The notes under the pieces were generated by a model, which saw nothing but the letters and a program-made list of their open reading frames with translations, was not told where the DNA came from and made no database searches. From Lama guanicoe (taxonomy: Eukaryota), in the NCBI GenBank assembly GCA_013239625.1, contig MU053754.1:369379-433378 (forward strand): a stretch of 64,000 nucleotides of DNA, given 5' to 3'. The position numbers and the translations under genes are program-made. Each line of letters begins with the position of its first letter. The first letter of the stretch is position 1. Below, piece after piece: positions 1 to 13,232 of this stretch.

Positions 1-409
1 TGAGAGTTAGTGCTGTCTACCTTTTGTTCCAGACCATCTTTTCAGGATGTTGGAATAGTGAACAGCACTGGAAAGACAGAATCGTGTCTTTCTTCAAAGC
101 ACAGGGCGAGAATGTCTGCTGCCTGTCATGAAAGATTCAGGTTCCTTTAGCTTAGGATTCCTCTCCTGTAATGCAACCCACAGCTGATTGGGCACCCGTC
201 CTGGCCCATGTGCTTCACCCATGGGCCGTGGGTGCAAGTGCAAGTGATAAAACCATGGTGGTGTTCCTGCTCCTGGCTGTGTTATGAACACTGATCCATC
301 TTTTGTTTCTCACCTTGGAGTCTTTTTTCTCCTACAAACGTCCATGAAGCTGTAGCCTGCTATCTTGATGACTTGCAAGTAGGCAAAACCTCCTTCACAG
401 TTCTTGATG
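1..409 (+). mobile_element. ERVL-class solo LTR (MER68/MER77-like), truncated by the window start
   Basis: Motifs aaagattcaggttcc...ggattcctctcctgtaatgcaaccca and terminal ...ccttcacagttcttga resemble the recalled MER68/MER77 consensus. Confidence 0.6.
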
Positions 410-741
410 TGTGCTGGTGTCAGCATCCTTAGGTCCTGAGGTATAAATGCTTCTGTGGCACTTGTGGGTAAACAGTCTTAGAATTTAAAAGCTCTACCTT
501 GTCACAAAATGTCTTTGTTCCTATGAAAAGATTTTCAAGTCCTCTCAACCCATGTAGGTTCATACTTGTATTTTTAGTTCCAACCATCCCTGATCAGTTT
601 TTGGGTTTCTTGCATAAAATTGTATGTTTCTATATGTTCATACACAGAAATACAGACATAGAAATATGTATGTATATATACACTTTTACATACATGGTAA
701 TTTGCAAAGGCTAGAGATTTCTTCTGAATGCTAATTAAAAC

Positions 742-1092
742 TGCAGTTCTTAATCTTAGCCTTACACTATCCTGAAAGAGGGGGACTTTAAAAAAAAATC
801 CCAATGCCTCCCTAGACCAGCTAGGTCAAAATCTCTTATTAAATTTCCTAATGCAATTCTAAAATGTGTCACAATCTGAGATTCACTGGACTAAAGTTGC
901 AAAATGGGATGTCCTTGCCATGTGTCTGTTCATTGTTTCTTAAACTTTAAGGTGCAAACAGATCAGCTCAGGAGCCTGTGAGCATTCAGACTCTTCCTTT
1001 GGCAGGTTGGGAGTAGGGGCTGATGGTCTGCACTTACAGCAGGCTCACGGTTGAAGCCATTGCTCCTGTTCCAAGGTGAAAGCTTTGAGAAG
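742..1092. mobile_element. Two adjacent degraded MER5A/MER5B hAT-Charlie MITEs
   Basis: cagttcttaatcttagc...ctgagattcactgg (742-890) and tttcttaaacttt...gctttgaga (935-1092) resemble MER5 family consensus. Confidence 0.55.
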
Positions 1093-2394
1093 AATGAGAT
1101 GTAGACCTTTCTCTTCACGTGACCTTTTTGGGTAATATTTGTAAGCTAAAGAGTGAGGTCTAAGAGAAGGAGCACTATAGCTGTGCCAGGGAAGCAGGAA
1201 ACTCCTTGTTTACTAAATGCACTGGTTTTTACCACCTAAGTCAGTGTCTGGAAGAGAATAAAGCTCACACAGTTCAAAAATTTGAATCAACTGAAGCGCC
1301 TCTGCCTTGCCTTAGCATTTATGTGCCTGACAGAGAGACCCTTCCTCTAGAAAAAGATTTCTTTCTCAAGCACATTCTTGGTCACCACCAGGCTGTCCCT
1401 GCACTCCTGTACCGATAGCATGCCGTCCTGCAGAGACAAATGTTTCCGGTGAATTGCACCGTGACAGTCGCACCACGTGGGTCGTTACCAGTTGTCTTAT
1501 TATGGTTTGAAAACAGAACAGTGGAAACAGAGGGACGACTATGAGCTCATGAAGTGCCTTCCTTTCGTGACGATGTTGGGGGGTCAGTTTACCCTAAACA
1601 GGGAGATGAGTTTTAAAAGGCAAAGAACCAATTGAGCACACAAATGAGAATGGGCTGTGGCTCTAATCCTGCCCTTAAGCTCACTCACACTCACGCATAC
1701 ATTCAAGTTCACATCTGGCTAGAGGGGAAAATTGAGACGCTATTGTTAGATAAATAAACTGAGGTACCAGGCTGATGGCCAGGGGCTCCCTGCACAGTTT
1801 CGTTGTTTTTCAGGAGCTGGCAGGTATGTGCACCATGAAACAGCATGTCTCCTATGGGCCAGGAAGGTCCTGGGGAACAGAGGGCAGTGGAGGAGATACG
1901 CAGTAGTTGTCAGAGAAAACCCCACAGGAAGCAGAGATGGAAGTCCAGGCGCAGCCTTGGGTGGGGGCGTGCCAAAGCAGAGGCGATCAGTAATCAGGGC
2001 AGCACATTAACACACAGACGTGCAAGCCTGTGTCCCCATGGGCGGGGGGGCGGGCTTGGAATGCAGCGGTGTCAGAGGACGTGCTGTTCAGAAGATAGAC
2101 GGACACGCTGCAAGCCGACGGGGTCACACTGTGCATTCTGGGCGTGCGAAAGTTCCAGAAGCCTGTTAACCTGAAGGACGGTGCGCCCCGTTAGGACTGA
2201 GATCGCTGGAGAGCTGGGTGACTTGGTGTGACGGAGGTGGGAGGGAGTGCAGGAAACGTTTCCGAACAAGAAGATCACCAGAGACCTTAAGCACAGCCAT
2301 AAACAGTCGAAGGCTACTTTCTGGGACCCACAGAGCATAAGAATCTGACTTGCTGAAAAATTGAAAAAAGAATTTGAAATGAATTAATGTTTTA

Positions 2395-2560
2395 ATATAC
2401 GTGTATACATATACATTTCAGTATATTCCGAATACTTGTGTATGTGAATATGTATATGTAAGCATGGAACTATATAAGCATATATGCATCTTCATATGCA
2501 TATGCACACATATTTCTTTCTGTATACTTACAGGCATACACATACCAGGTGTTTTTACAT
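2395..2560. repeat. Degenerate (TA)/(TG)/(CA) low-complexity tract
   Basis: gtgtatacatatacat...tatgtatatgta...catatgcatatgcacacata seen directly. Confidence 0.75.
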
Positions 2561-2589
2561 GTGCAACGTCTGAATTTTCACAAAATCCT

Positions 2590-2695
2590 GTGTAACACCC
2601 CATTTATAGAGCTGAGGCAACAGACTCTTGAGAATTCAAACAATTTATAAGCTGTCACTCAGCTAGTGGGCGACATAGCTGGCAATCAACCCCAA
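2590..2695 (-). mobile_element. MIR SINE fragment
   Basis: cccatttatagagctgaggcaacagactcttgaga...gtcactcagctagtgggcgacatagctgg matches the MIR core in reverse orientation. Confidence 0.55.
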
Positions 2696-4179
2696 AATTG
2701 TTTCAGAAAATATATTAAGTTAACTTACCCATACATATCCGCTACTTTATTAGAACAAGAATGGGTTCTAAACTGTATGATTGCATGCCTTTAGTTAATG
2801 CACAAAAGGAAGTGGGGTTTTAAAAAGGAAGAAAAAGAAAGTGTCAGTCGGCCGTACTTGTACCAGATGACGGTGCTTCCTGACAGAGAAAGTGCCTCTT
2901 GTCCAGAACTGGATGTGTGATGTGAATTTGCCACTCATCCTGCAGGCAGTGCCGAAAGTTAGATACAACAGTTCTCAGTTCCCTCGGGGGCACCTGAGGC
3001 CGGGAGAGGTTTCAGTGCCCCTGGTCGTGCAGGTAGCATGTGGCCAAGCGCCCTCCCCTGCTGCTCCCCAGAGGGTGTGTGCCCTGCCTTCTTCCTCACT
3101 CTGCGGTTTGACATCCCTGCACCCTTCCTTCCAAAGAATGCACCTGTTCCCATCCCCCACTGGCCTTGCCCTGCCTTAGTTCATTCCCGGTCTCCATCCC
3201 CATCTCTCAGTCTGCACATGGGTTCTGACAGGTGTTTCTCAGGGGCACCTACTGCTCCCCTTTCCCCTTGAGTCACCCTAACTGATTTTTGCAAGGACAC
3301 AATTGGTTTTGGACCCCACACTCATCCCTCTTCTCCAAAGGGCTGGCGGTCCCAGAGCCTCTGTCATGACCAGAGTGAGCTGCCTGGACGCAGCCTCCTC
3401 GCTTCTGTCCAGCAACGTGGCGCCACTCAGAGGAGTTACCATAGGAAGGAAGATGTGATGCCTGTGGCAGGCTGGAGCCTTTGCACTGTTGAGATGTTGT
3501 TAAGTAGACAGTTCATCCAGCTGGGAGCCCCAGGCCTCCCTGCACCACCCTCTGCTTGACGGACTCATAAAGGATCTCTGACTTTCTATCCGGCGGTTTT
3601 CTGTTTCATTTTTCTTTTTATCAGACTAATACTGGGCTGACTTGGAAAGTGGTCTGTCATTCTGTTAGTGATCCTTTTGTGCTCCTAGACAAAACATCCA
3701 TGCCAAGCCACCCCTGAATTGAGCTATGGCAGCTGATCAGAATAGGAGACTCCCCGGGGGCCTGAAAATGGAGCAGATAGTCGCTTCCTAAGGCGGGTCC
3801 TGCAGCAAGCACGTTCACCTCAGCTCAGCTGATCCAAGCCCATTTGAGAGTTGCCACTGGGGGTCTTTGCGCTACAGGTGTGAGGAACAGCATGCGATAT
3901 CATTTACTGCCCCAGCTGATACGTATTGCCGTGACACGGCCCCGTTATTAAATATAAGTACGAGTGGAGAAGGAATGAAGATGAAATTGGTTAGAAACTT
4001 GAGGGGTGTTTTTCCATGTGGTGACTCGCTTTGCAGTCTTTCTAAGCAAAATTTGAGTTGCGAGGACATTATTTTTGTTTTCAGTAATCTCTGTTTCCCA
4101 GGGTACTTGAGTCATAAATGACTACAGCCACACTAGCCAAATAACGCGTCTTCGGTGGTTTCGTGAGGACTTCTGCCCT

Positions 4180-4538
4180 TGTCTTGGCCCTTTTAGGCTG
4201 CTGTAATGAAATTCCATAGACTGGGTGGCTTACTGGCAACAGAAACTCACGTCTCACTGTTCTGGAAGCTGGAAGACCAGCATCAAGACCATGGCACATC
4301 TGGTGTTTGGTGGGAGGTTGCTTCCTGGTTCCTGGACAGCCGTCTCCCTGTCCTCACATGGTGGGAGGGGTGAGGGAGCTCCCTGGGGCCTCTTTTACAA
4401 GGGCACTACTCCCATTCGGAGGGCTCCACCCTCATGACCTAACTACCTCCTGACGGCCCCCACTTCCCAGTCCCATCCCACTGGGGAAAGTGTTTCAACA
4501 TATGAATTTTGGGGAGTCACGCACATTCATTCTGTAGC
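4180..4538 (-). mobile_element. MLT1A-like MaLR solo LTR
   Basis: ccatagactgggtggctta...tctcactgttctggaagctggaag...gggctccaccctcatgacctaa...tttcaacatatgaatttttgggga is the classic MLT1A reverse strand. Confidence 0.85.
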
Positions 4539-4829
4539 TGTCCCTAAGGCTGGGTTGGCATATTGAAGGAGACGGTGATGCAGTGGAAGTCACAGGCAGA
4601 CAGGAAATGCAATAGGAAGTCTGCCCCTCTTCCCAGTGGGCTGTGAGGAAGCCAGGGAAGGTGGAGAGACAGTGATCAGAAACCAGCATCCTCATCCCCT
4701 CGCCAACCCCAAATGTTTTAGAATGGAGCTACATAAACATTGAGATGGTATGAAAATGTCCTGCAATGTTGGAGCCATCTGTCTGGTCTGTGCTGGGAAC
4801 ATGAGAAGCTCCCAGAGAAAGCCAGTCCT

Positions 4830-5616
4830 CTTTTTTCTTTTTCTTTTTTTTTTTTTTTAATTGAAGTATACTCAGTTTACAGTGTTGTGTTCATTTCTGC
4901 TGTACAGCATGATTCAGTTTTATGTATATGTTCATTTCTTTTTCAGTATAGATTATTAACAGATACTGACTATAGTTCTCTGTGCTATCCAGCAGGACCT
5001 TATTGTTTATCTGTTTTATGTATCGTAGTGTGTATCTGCAAATCTCAAACTCCCAATTTATCCGTCCCCACCTCCTCCCCACCTGGTAACCATAAATTTG
5101 TTTTCTATGTCTGTGAGTCTGTCTCTGGTTTGTAAATAAGTTCGTTTGTGTCATTTTTTCTTCAGATGCCACATATAAGTGAAATCATAAGGTATTTTTT
5201 ATTCTCTTTCTGACTGACTTCACATAGAATGATGATCTCCAGGTCCATCCACTTTGCTACAAATGGCATTATTTTATTCTTCTTTATGGCTGTGTAGTAT
5301 TCCATTGTATACACATTTTCTTCATCCAGTCACTTGTCATTAGACATTGAGATTTTTTCCATATCTTGGCTATTGTAAATAGTGCTACCATGAACCCTGG
5401 GGTGCATATATCTTTTTGAATTAGAGTTCCTTCCAGATGTGTGTCCAGAAGTGCATACATAATAGGGTAATTTTATTTTTTAGGTTTTTAAGGAATCTCC
5501 ATACTATATCCTGTAATGGCTGCACCAAACTACATTCCCACCAACAGTGTAGGAGGGCTCCCTTTTCTCCACACCCTCTCCAGCAGTTACCATTTTTGGA
5601 CATTTTAATGAGGGCC
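4830..5616 (-). mobile_element. 5'-truncated LINE-1 (ORF2 C-terminus, 3' UTR, polyA)
   Basis: polyT at 4831-4858; ORF 5421-5603 encodes [18 protein letters not shown] (ORF2p CCHC region); TSD agaaagccagt(c/t)ct at 4816-4829 and 5617-5630. Confidence 0.92.
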
Positions 5617-7525
5617 AGAAAGCCAGTTCTTGGAATGGCTAATGTTCTGTGATGGTCTGGGAAGGGCGGGGAGATACTTTCTGAGGCATATGTCTTGAGA
5701 AGATGGGGGTGAGGCTTGTGGCTTTCCTGAGACTTTATGTGACATGTAGGGGATGTGAAACTTTACATATCCTTGAATGAGGAATTATGGATGTCCTGAG
5801 AAGGCCTGAGGGCCAACAGGCTGGAGAGAGGACAGGAAGGTTGCCGTGTACAGACTTGGAGACCAGGGACACACATGGCTGGGACTGTGGGCTCCCAGGC
5901 ACATCCTCCCTGAAGGTTAGACAGGACAGATCTCACTGAGTCCAGGAACAGGACCACAGAGGACCTTCTCAAGCAGGGAAGAGTGAGGATTCAGGGCTTC
6001 CATGTGGCTCTAAGGCCCCCTCACCCCAGCTCAGAGAGATCGTGGTAGTTTGCTTGCACACATGGTTGTCATCTGAGAGAGAAACATGGGGCCATGGATT
6101 TGGCAAGGTGGAGCATTGACCAGGAGACCAAGACATTCAAGAGACTAAACTGAGGAAACGGTCCTGGTCTGAACTGATGGGTTGAAAGTTTGTGATCATC
6201 TCCCGCTCTTCATGAGGAGAGAAACTCCTGATTTACTTTCCAGCCAACAAAGGAGATGTTTTCTTTGCACATCTGAGAACAGCATGAGCACCTTCTCCAG
6301 TGGAAAAGACCAGAGTGGGATGTAGGTTCCCAGTCTCAGCCTGAGATGACGCAGGTGTCCTAAGTGGGGACCAACACGTTGCTTTTTCCATAAAGCTGGG
6401 AAAGGAAAGCTGGCATTGAGGTCATGCTTCTGTGAGAGCTTGGAGAGACTTCAACGTTCGGTTGGATTCTTCGGTTCCAGCGGAAGAAAGGTGACCCTCA
6501 CTCGAGGTGCCCACAGGAATGGTTCCTCTTGGGCTGAGAACTGAGGTGTAAGTCCCCTCCCATTAGCTCTGTCTTCCAGCCAGCGCCGGGCACCACCGCT
6601 CCCATGCCGTCTTTGTGATCGAAACGCTGCAGTGCTAAGTAGCAGAGTGAGCGCTGAAGGTTGCATTATTAAAACCATATTTTTGCTGGAGAGTTTTATC
6701 AAAATGAAATTGTCTGGCTCCTATTGGTCTTAGGAGAGATCTGGCTAGTTTTAAAATATCACAATTACAGAGCTTTGAAAACACAGTCATTTCTGAATGA
6801 TTATATATATATCAGCAGAGCTTACACACTGATTTCTTTCCTGAAGTGACCTTTAAAAATGCATAGCTTGGATTCAGAAATAATCTTTTGCAACACATCT
6901 CCAAGTATCTAGCATAAACACTCGATTCTCTGGGAGCTACTTTCCATCTCCCTAATGCTTTACTTGCTAAAGGAGTCTTAGCTACCCTCCACATCAGAGT
7001 GAAACAAAGGCCCCTTGTTTTCTCAGATCCATGCTGGGGAAATACTGCATTTTAACTACATCCCATTTAGAAGGGGAGTCAGAAAGGCCATGTGCAATTT
7101 TAACTTTTAATCATTTTTAGGTGCGCAGAGGACTGATGCAAATGCCTTAATATTATTGTTCATTCATCAAAACCTAATTCTTTGGAGGAACTCTGGGTCA
7201 AGTTCACAAACTCAATTTACAGAACTGTTCAGTGGCACCCAGAGAGCATCTTTGCTAAGTTAGAAACTTGGAAATCTGAAACTTGGAAATTCTGGAAGAA
7301 TGAGTAAGGTGTTCACTCTTCACGGGATGTGCTTTTACGTGTGGAATGAGATTGTTTCAATCATATGCACACGTGAGCTTATTCAAGCCAAAGGTAACTC
7401 AATAGCCCAGGAAATACCACAGGCAATACAATCTACCTGCATAGTATCAGGGGGTTTTTGTTTGTTTGTTTTTTGTTTGTTTGTTTTGAAGGATTAGGTT
7501 GCAAAGGCATGTGGCCCGTATTTTT

Positions 7526-7911
7526 CTTGTTGTTGTGGTTTTGTTTCCTTGTTCAGTTTAATTAGGTAGAATCATTACAGTTTGACTGCACATATACATT
7601 ATATTCCATGTAAATACATATAGATGATACACTGCACTCTTTCTTAGTTACATATATGTCCTTATCATTGTTTCTAAGAACAGATTAGAGCTTTAGCTTT
7701 TAAACTGACATAGTTATCAAAGGAATAAAGCCAATCCCCAAATAAGAATCAACAGAATGCAGTAATCCAGTCATAAAGGACAGTCAGATGTGCTTACACA
7801 TATTCAAGAAGTCAGTCATGTAAGTTATAAATAATAAGTTGTTCATTTGTGTCCTTTTTTTTTTAAGATTCCACATATAATATCGTATCATATCTTTCTC
7901 TTTCCGGCCCA
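7526..7911 (-). mobile_element. TSD-flanked chimeric retro-insertion: short L1 fragment fused to ~270 bp of non-L1 polyadenylated sequence
   Basis: 18-bp direct repeat catgtggcccgtattttt at 7508-7525 and 7912-7929; L1 ORF2-end/3'UTR piece at ~7830-7905; ATTAAA on - strand at 7557-7562 followed by an A-rich tail. Confidence 0.75.
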
Positions 7912-8399
7912 CATGTGGCCCGTATTTTTTTTTATGAGGAGTCAACATTTTAAGTATTAAAATTGTATGTGGTCAGTCTATATTCACACAACAAACTTTT
8001 TTTTATGAAGTATGCTAAAATATTTTAAAACAACATATTATCCAAGAGGTTATTATTCAAAAGAAGACATACCAGTGTCCACACAGCCCATCAGTGATTC
8101 ATGTGTTCATAATAAATTTCCCTGGAATGGCACAGATTTCAGATGGGACGTGAAGTAGGAGGTCTAAAACATTTGTCCCGAATATTAAGCTCTAACAAAA
8201 CAGCACAGAAATGAATTATTTTATGTATCTATATAAAAATTTGTTCACATTTGTCATTTTAAAAAAGCTTGAGGTCTTTAACATTAGTATTCATGGAACA
8301 CTTTACTCTTACACCTTGTAAGTCAAAGAGAAGGAGATAATGAGTGCCTTGTGCCAGATGTGACTTTGCCATGCCTAGGTGATGACAGGGTCACACAAC

Positions 8400-9650
8400 A
8401 AATTATTGATTCAAATTAATATATGTAATTGATATAAACTAGTAAGTTGTTCAAATAGTAACTGAGTAAATAAATGGGGGAGAAAGTAAAATCTTCTATT
8501 CAGAACAATTCCAAGTAATTTATGTAGTTCCTGTGCCTTCACTCCAGAAATAGCTCGTCACTCCTTAAGTGTGACTTCCTTCCGTGAGCACAGTGTGGAA
8601 GGAGGTGGAAACAGTAACTTTACCATGGAGAAACTGACAGCCATGACCTCAGCCAGGTAACCAGGTCATTATCGGAGAGGGGGAGATTTCCGCCTCAACC
8701 CATCTTGAATTCTTGTGCCTGGACTAATGATACAATTGACACACAATAGGTTAACAGGAAAAAAAATTCATTTCAATTTGTGCACAAGAAGTTCTCAGAG
8801 AAATGGGATCTAAGAAGTGGCCAAAGCAGGCAACTTTTTACACTTTTTAGACAAGGAAACAATGCATTTGTAATTGATAGAACTAAGAAACTTGGGTTTT
8901 GGGTGCTCAGTTGGTGAGGAATTTAAACAGAATTTGGGCTTGGGACAGTAAACTAAAGAAGTAACAATGTTTGTTTATACAGATTTCTTGGGCCTGAGTT
9001 CCCTATCTCTGGAGATAAGGGTGTCTTACTTCCAGATGCAAGGAGGGCACCTTTATCTCCTGCTTTCAGTCAGACAGAGAGGAGGGTTCATGACCCCTCT
9101 TGTATTGATTGTTTCAATAATGTAACTTTAATACAAAATACTCAGTATGCCATGATGGCAGTTTGGGATGACAGGTGGGCCACCCCAACGTCATCAACAG
9201 TCACGTCATGTACCTTTGACGTGACATGAAGAAAAAGGCCCTTTAGCTCTGGGTGTTCTTCTCCAAAGCCTGTAACCCTTGTCTAATCTCAAGAAAAAAA
9301 TCAGACAAACTCAAATTACCAGACATTCTCCAAAACACCTGCCCAGTGTGTGTTACAGCTGTCGAGATGTGAAAAACAGAAGAGATGGAGAAACTCTCAC
9401 AGCTAAAGAGACATGACAGCTAAATCTCATGTCTCCTGGATAGGGCATGAGGGTGAAAATGAGGGAAATCTGGGGGAAAAAAAAACATGGGCTCGGGTTA
9501 ATGATCACGTGTCTCCATTGGTTATTAATTGTGATCAATGTCACAGTTAATCAGTTATTAATGGGAAATTGAATGTGAGGTTCCTGGGAACTCTCTGCAC
9601 TTTGCAGTTTTTCTATAAATCTAAAACTATTCTAAAATTTAGAAGTGTGT
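8400..9650 (+). mobile_element. Old L1MC-like 3' region, interrupted by an LTR
   Basis: ctttaccatggagaaactgaca...tcagacaaactcaaatt...gggaactctctgcactttgcagtttttctataaatctaaaactattctaaaa is typical of an L1MC/MD 3' UTR. Confidence 0.7.
8670..9190 (-). mobile_element. ERV1 solo LTR (MER34/MER39-like)
   Basis: 4-bp TSD tcat at 8666-8669 and 9191-9194; attgacacacaataggttaacaggaaaaaa motif; 4-bp TSD fits ERV1. Confidence 0.7.
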
Positions 9651-10420
9651 ACAAAGATTAAAATTTTAAAAAGTTGTACATTGTCAAAATGATGGCCAAT
9701 AAAATCAGTGTTTTCTGTAGAGACCCACTCAATTTGATGTCCTGCGTTGCACAAGGCTCTCCCTGTCTTTCTTGCAGGCTAGATCGCACACGTTCTGCAC
9801 CGTCTTGTACGGCTGCCCAGAGCTCTTGGTTACGTAACAACTATTGTCCTGAGTTGTTCCTGTCTCCTCCACCATATGGGATCCCACTTCAGTGCCTTAT
9901 TTATAAACACCCTTCTGCACTTGAGTTTCTTTAGCATTGGATCAGTACCTTTGCTTTTGCGCTCTGTTTTCTGCCTTAAATCCCCCCATGGGGGCTCTCC
10001 AGCGGTTTTGTTAGGATCGAGGGAGACACAGTCCTGCCCATCTTACTTCCTCGGTGCTTTTCCTCATGTGTAGTGCACAGCATGTGGTGTGCACTCTAAA
10101 TGTATTAAATCAATGTGCACCATGGATTTGAGGGTCTTAAAACAGTTATGGGGGAAAAATGGCAGTTTTGAACCCTCAGATTTTGCTTATTCATCTTTAT
10201 TTTGCTTGTAGCTCTTTCAGGGAGATAGATGACTGTCAATGCATTCTTCAGGATTTCCACCAGGGACAGTTCTACAAGATTCTGCAGGACTCCATTTCAG
10301 AATATTAAGACTGAAATGGATTGAAAGGAACTTCTCTTCCTCTGTAGCATATATGTGAGGGTTTTAATTCATGTGTCCTTATGCAACAGAAGATGGTAAC
10401 TAGGAAAACTGGAAAGCCTG

Positions 10421-10890
10421 TTTTTTGTTGCTTTTGTTGTTAATTGAAGTACAATCAGTTACAATGTGTCCATTTCTGGTGTACAGCATAATGTCCCAGT
10501 TATACATATGCATACATATATTCGTTTTCATATTTTTTCGTTAAAGGTTATTACAAGGTTATTATTAAAAGTTACTGCTATACTGACTATAGTTCCCTGT
10601 GCTGTACAGAACAGTATTTTTTTTGTCTATTTTTATATATAGTGGTTAACATTTGCAAATATCAAACTCCCAAACTTATCCCTTCCCACCCCCTTTCTCT
10701 GGTAACCATGACATTGTTTACTACGTCTGTGAGTCTCTTTCTTTTGTAGATGAGTTCATTAGTGTCCTCTTTTTTCTTTTCTTTTCTATTCTTTTTTCTT
10801 TTTTTTTTTAGATTCCACATATGAGTGGTATCATACGGCGTTTTTCTTTCTCTTTCTGGCTTAGTTCACTTAGAATGACGATCTCCATGT
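10421..10890 (-). mobile_element. 5'-truncated LINE-1 3' end
   Basis: aattgaagtacaatcagttacaatgtg...agttccctgtgctgtacag...tttagattccacatatgagt...cacttagaatgacgatctcca. Confidence 0.9.
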
Positions 10891-11081
10891 CCTGTTCTTG
10901 AGGACACCTGAGTGGTCACCTGGGAGTCTCACAGAAACAGCTCAGGGACACCTTGAGAGAGGCTAACTTCTAGCAGCTTGACTGGCAGGAGGCTAAACTA
11001 GGAAATTCAAGGCACTGAAAATAAAGTCAGCGTTGTTGTCATGGGCTATTGTTGTCTATAGTGCATTTACTTAGATTTCTC

Positions 11082-11654
11082 TGTAGGGGAGCAAAACTTG
11101 CCACCCTGGAATGTCTCTTTAGCATACTGATTATTTGGAGCTGAAAGCAATCAAGGCTCAAAAGACTCAGGAAGGAACTTTGACCTTCTTCCTAACTATC
11201 TAAAAGAATGTAGATGGAGGACCTGTTCCAGGAAGGGAGCATCATCCCAGGTAGCTGTCCTGTGATCCAGGAGTGCAGACAGGGAGGAACCCAGCAGGTC
11301 TGTTTGTTAAAATACTTCCTCTCTGTGTCCCACTGTCTGTGCCTGGCCAAGCAGACATTTGTGTACAAACATTTGCTTCTCCATCTTTGTGTGAACTACC
11401 TTCCTCCCCTTTGAAGTCCCAAACCCCAGACCACTACCCCCACATCCTCTTTTGTCTTTTAGCTGGAGATCGTATTTAAGGTGAGGTGTTTGGTCATTTT
11501 AGTGAGTGACTCAGTGTCCCTGGCTCTCTCCCATGTATACATGTTACTAAACTTTTGTTTGATTTTTCTCCTGTTCATCTGTCTCATATCAATTTAATTC
11601 TTAGAGCAGCCAGAAGAATTCAGAAGGGTTGAGGAAAGTGTCTTCCTCCCTGCA
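11082..11654 (+). mobile_element. ERV1 solo LTR (MER34A-like)
   Basis: TG...CA ends; tgtaggggagcaaaacttgccacc start; ttttctcctgttcatctgtctcatatcaatttaatt and ...tcttcctccctgca end. Confidence 0.75.
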
Positions 11655-12143
11655 GTTTCTTGCCATCTTTTTGGCATTTCAGTACTTTTTATTTTTGTAT
11701 AATATTTGGTACGCTCGTGTGTGTCTGCACGCATGTGTATGTGTATGATAAGACACAGAGATAAGTCACATGCTACCCAACCTGAGAAAGAGGACGTGAC
11801 CACTGTTCTCATGCACAATTGCATATACTCGGGCAGTCCTTCAGTACACCATCCCTCCATCTCTACTCCACGCTAGAATCACCGCTCACACGAAATTCTC
11901 TGCTCATTATTTACTCCATTTTCCTGACCGTTTCATCAGGATGTGTATGTAAAACTAAACAATCAGTTAGTTTCCTTGCTTCTGAACTTGGTGAAAATAG
12001 CCTGTTGGATGTACTTTGGTTCTCTTTTTGCACTTGGTCGTCTTAAACTTGCCAATTTTGCTTACGTAGTGATAGTTCACTTATTTTCATTGCTGTAAGA
12101 TACTGCATTGTGTGCGTGTATCATAATTTGTTTATCCTATTCC

Positions 12144-12651
12144 TGTTAAAGGAAGAAATGTTCACATATTGAGATAGAGGGAAGTCATTCTGGCTTAATC
12201 GTGATTTGGTTTGAATTTTATGCTCAGTAAAGCAGCCTGTCTTGAGGTCTATCAGACATACATTGTGCATGTGCTCTAACTGGTAAAGAAAATTCTGCCT
12301 TGTCCAGAAGTAAAGAATGTCCATTTTGAAGCTAGAGAAGGATGAAATGCCTCCCTTCCTGGGGCATGAATGCTTGCACTCCTTTGATGATCAGGCCGTC
12401 TTCCCAAGAGCCAAGGCCGTACTGATCTGCTGTGTATGGGCTAATTTGTCTTTTTGAAACTTGAAGAAATGTACCCCTGTCATATTTGATGTTCTCTGTT
12501 CAGACAAGATATAAAACTGTGTTGAAAACCATGCTTCTCTGGAGCAGTTGCTCAGAGCTCTCTGAGAGGCTGTCTTCTGGGCTCTAGTTCACAGCTGGGC
12601 TCAACAAAGCTCTTTACCATTCCTAGTATAGATTTATCATTTCCACTGACA
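12144..12651 (+). mobile_element. ERV1-type solo LTR (artiodactyl-type)
   Basis: TG...CA ends; gatataaaactg TATA-like box; ctcagagctctctgagaggctgtcttctgggct R/U5 motif; flanks attcc/attgc. Confidence 0.7.
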
Positions 12652-13119
12652 ATTGCCACTGAGGCTTTCTGTATTTTTGGTATTATAAACAGTGCTGCTT
12701 TCAACATTCTGACTCTTCTGGGGTGCACGTCCAAACATTGATATGAGGCTTGTTCCTCTTGGCAGTCGACTTGCTGAGCTGCTAATGTGTTCCTATTTGG
12801 CTTTAAAAGTCAGAGACAAGTTGCTTCTAAGTAGTTTTGCCAGTTTGCACCCAAAGTGGCCCAGCGTCATAGTAAGAGTTCCAGTTGAGGCTTCCTACCA
12901 TTCAGACTTTTCAGTCTTCTTCATTTTATCCATCTTGTAGCTATGAAAAGGATATGTTTGCAGTCTTAATTTGGATTTTCTTGATTATTTTGGGCACCTG
13001 TTTATATATTAATGAGATAGTCTTGTTTTCTTATTTGTGAGAACTCATATGTTTTGTCCACTTTTATACTAAATTGTGTGTTGTTTTCTTCTTGATTTTA
13101 AGAATTGGTTTTCTGTTGG

Positions 13120-13232
13120 TTTATTTTGGCTTGGTTTGCTTTTTTCTCTTAATGGAGTCACTGGGGATTGAACCCAGGACTTTGTGCACCCCGACCACAC
13201 ACTGTACCACTCAGGTGTACCCTCCCAACCCC
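13120..13232 (-). mobile_element. tRNA-derived SINE (Vic-1-like)
   Basis: ctggggattgaacccaggac (B-box reverse complement) and ...accactcaggtgtaccctccc (5' head), with a T-rich tail upstream. Confidence 0.8.

Noticed and set aside
1814..1823. 10-nt microexon-like pattern (tttttcag|gagctggcag|gtatgt)
   Set aside because: Not frame-preserving; expected by chance in 64 kb
7263..7293. Short tandem duplication gaaacttggaaatct
   Set aside because: Ordinary slippage-type duplication with two copies only
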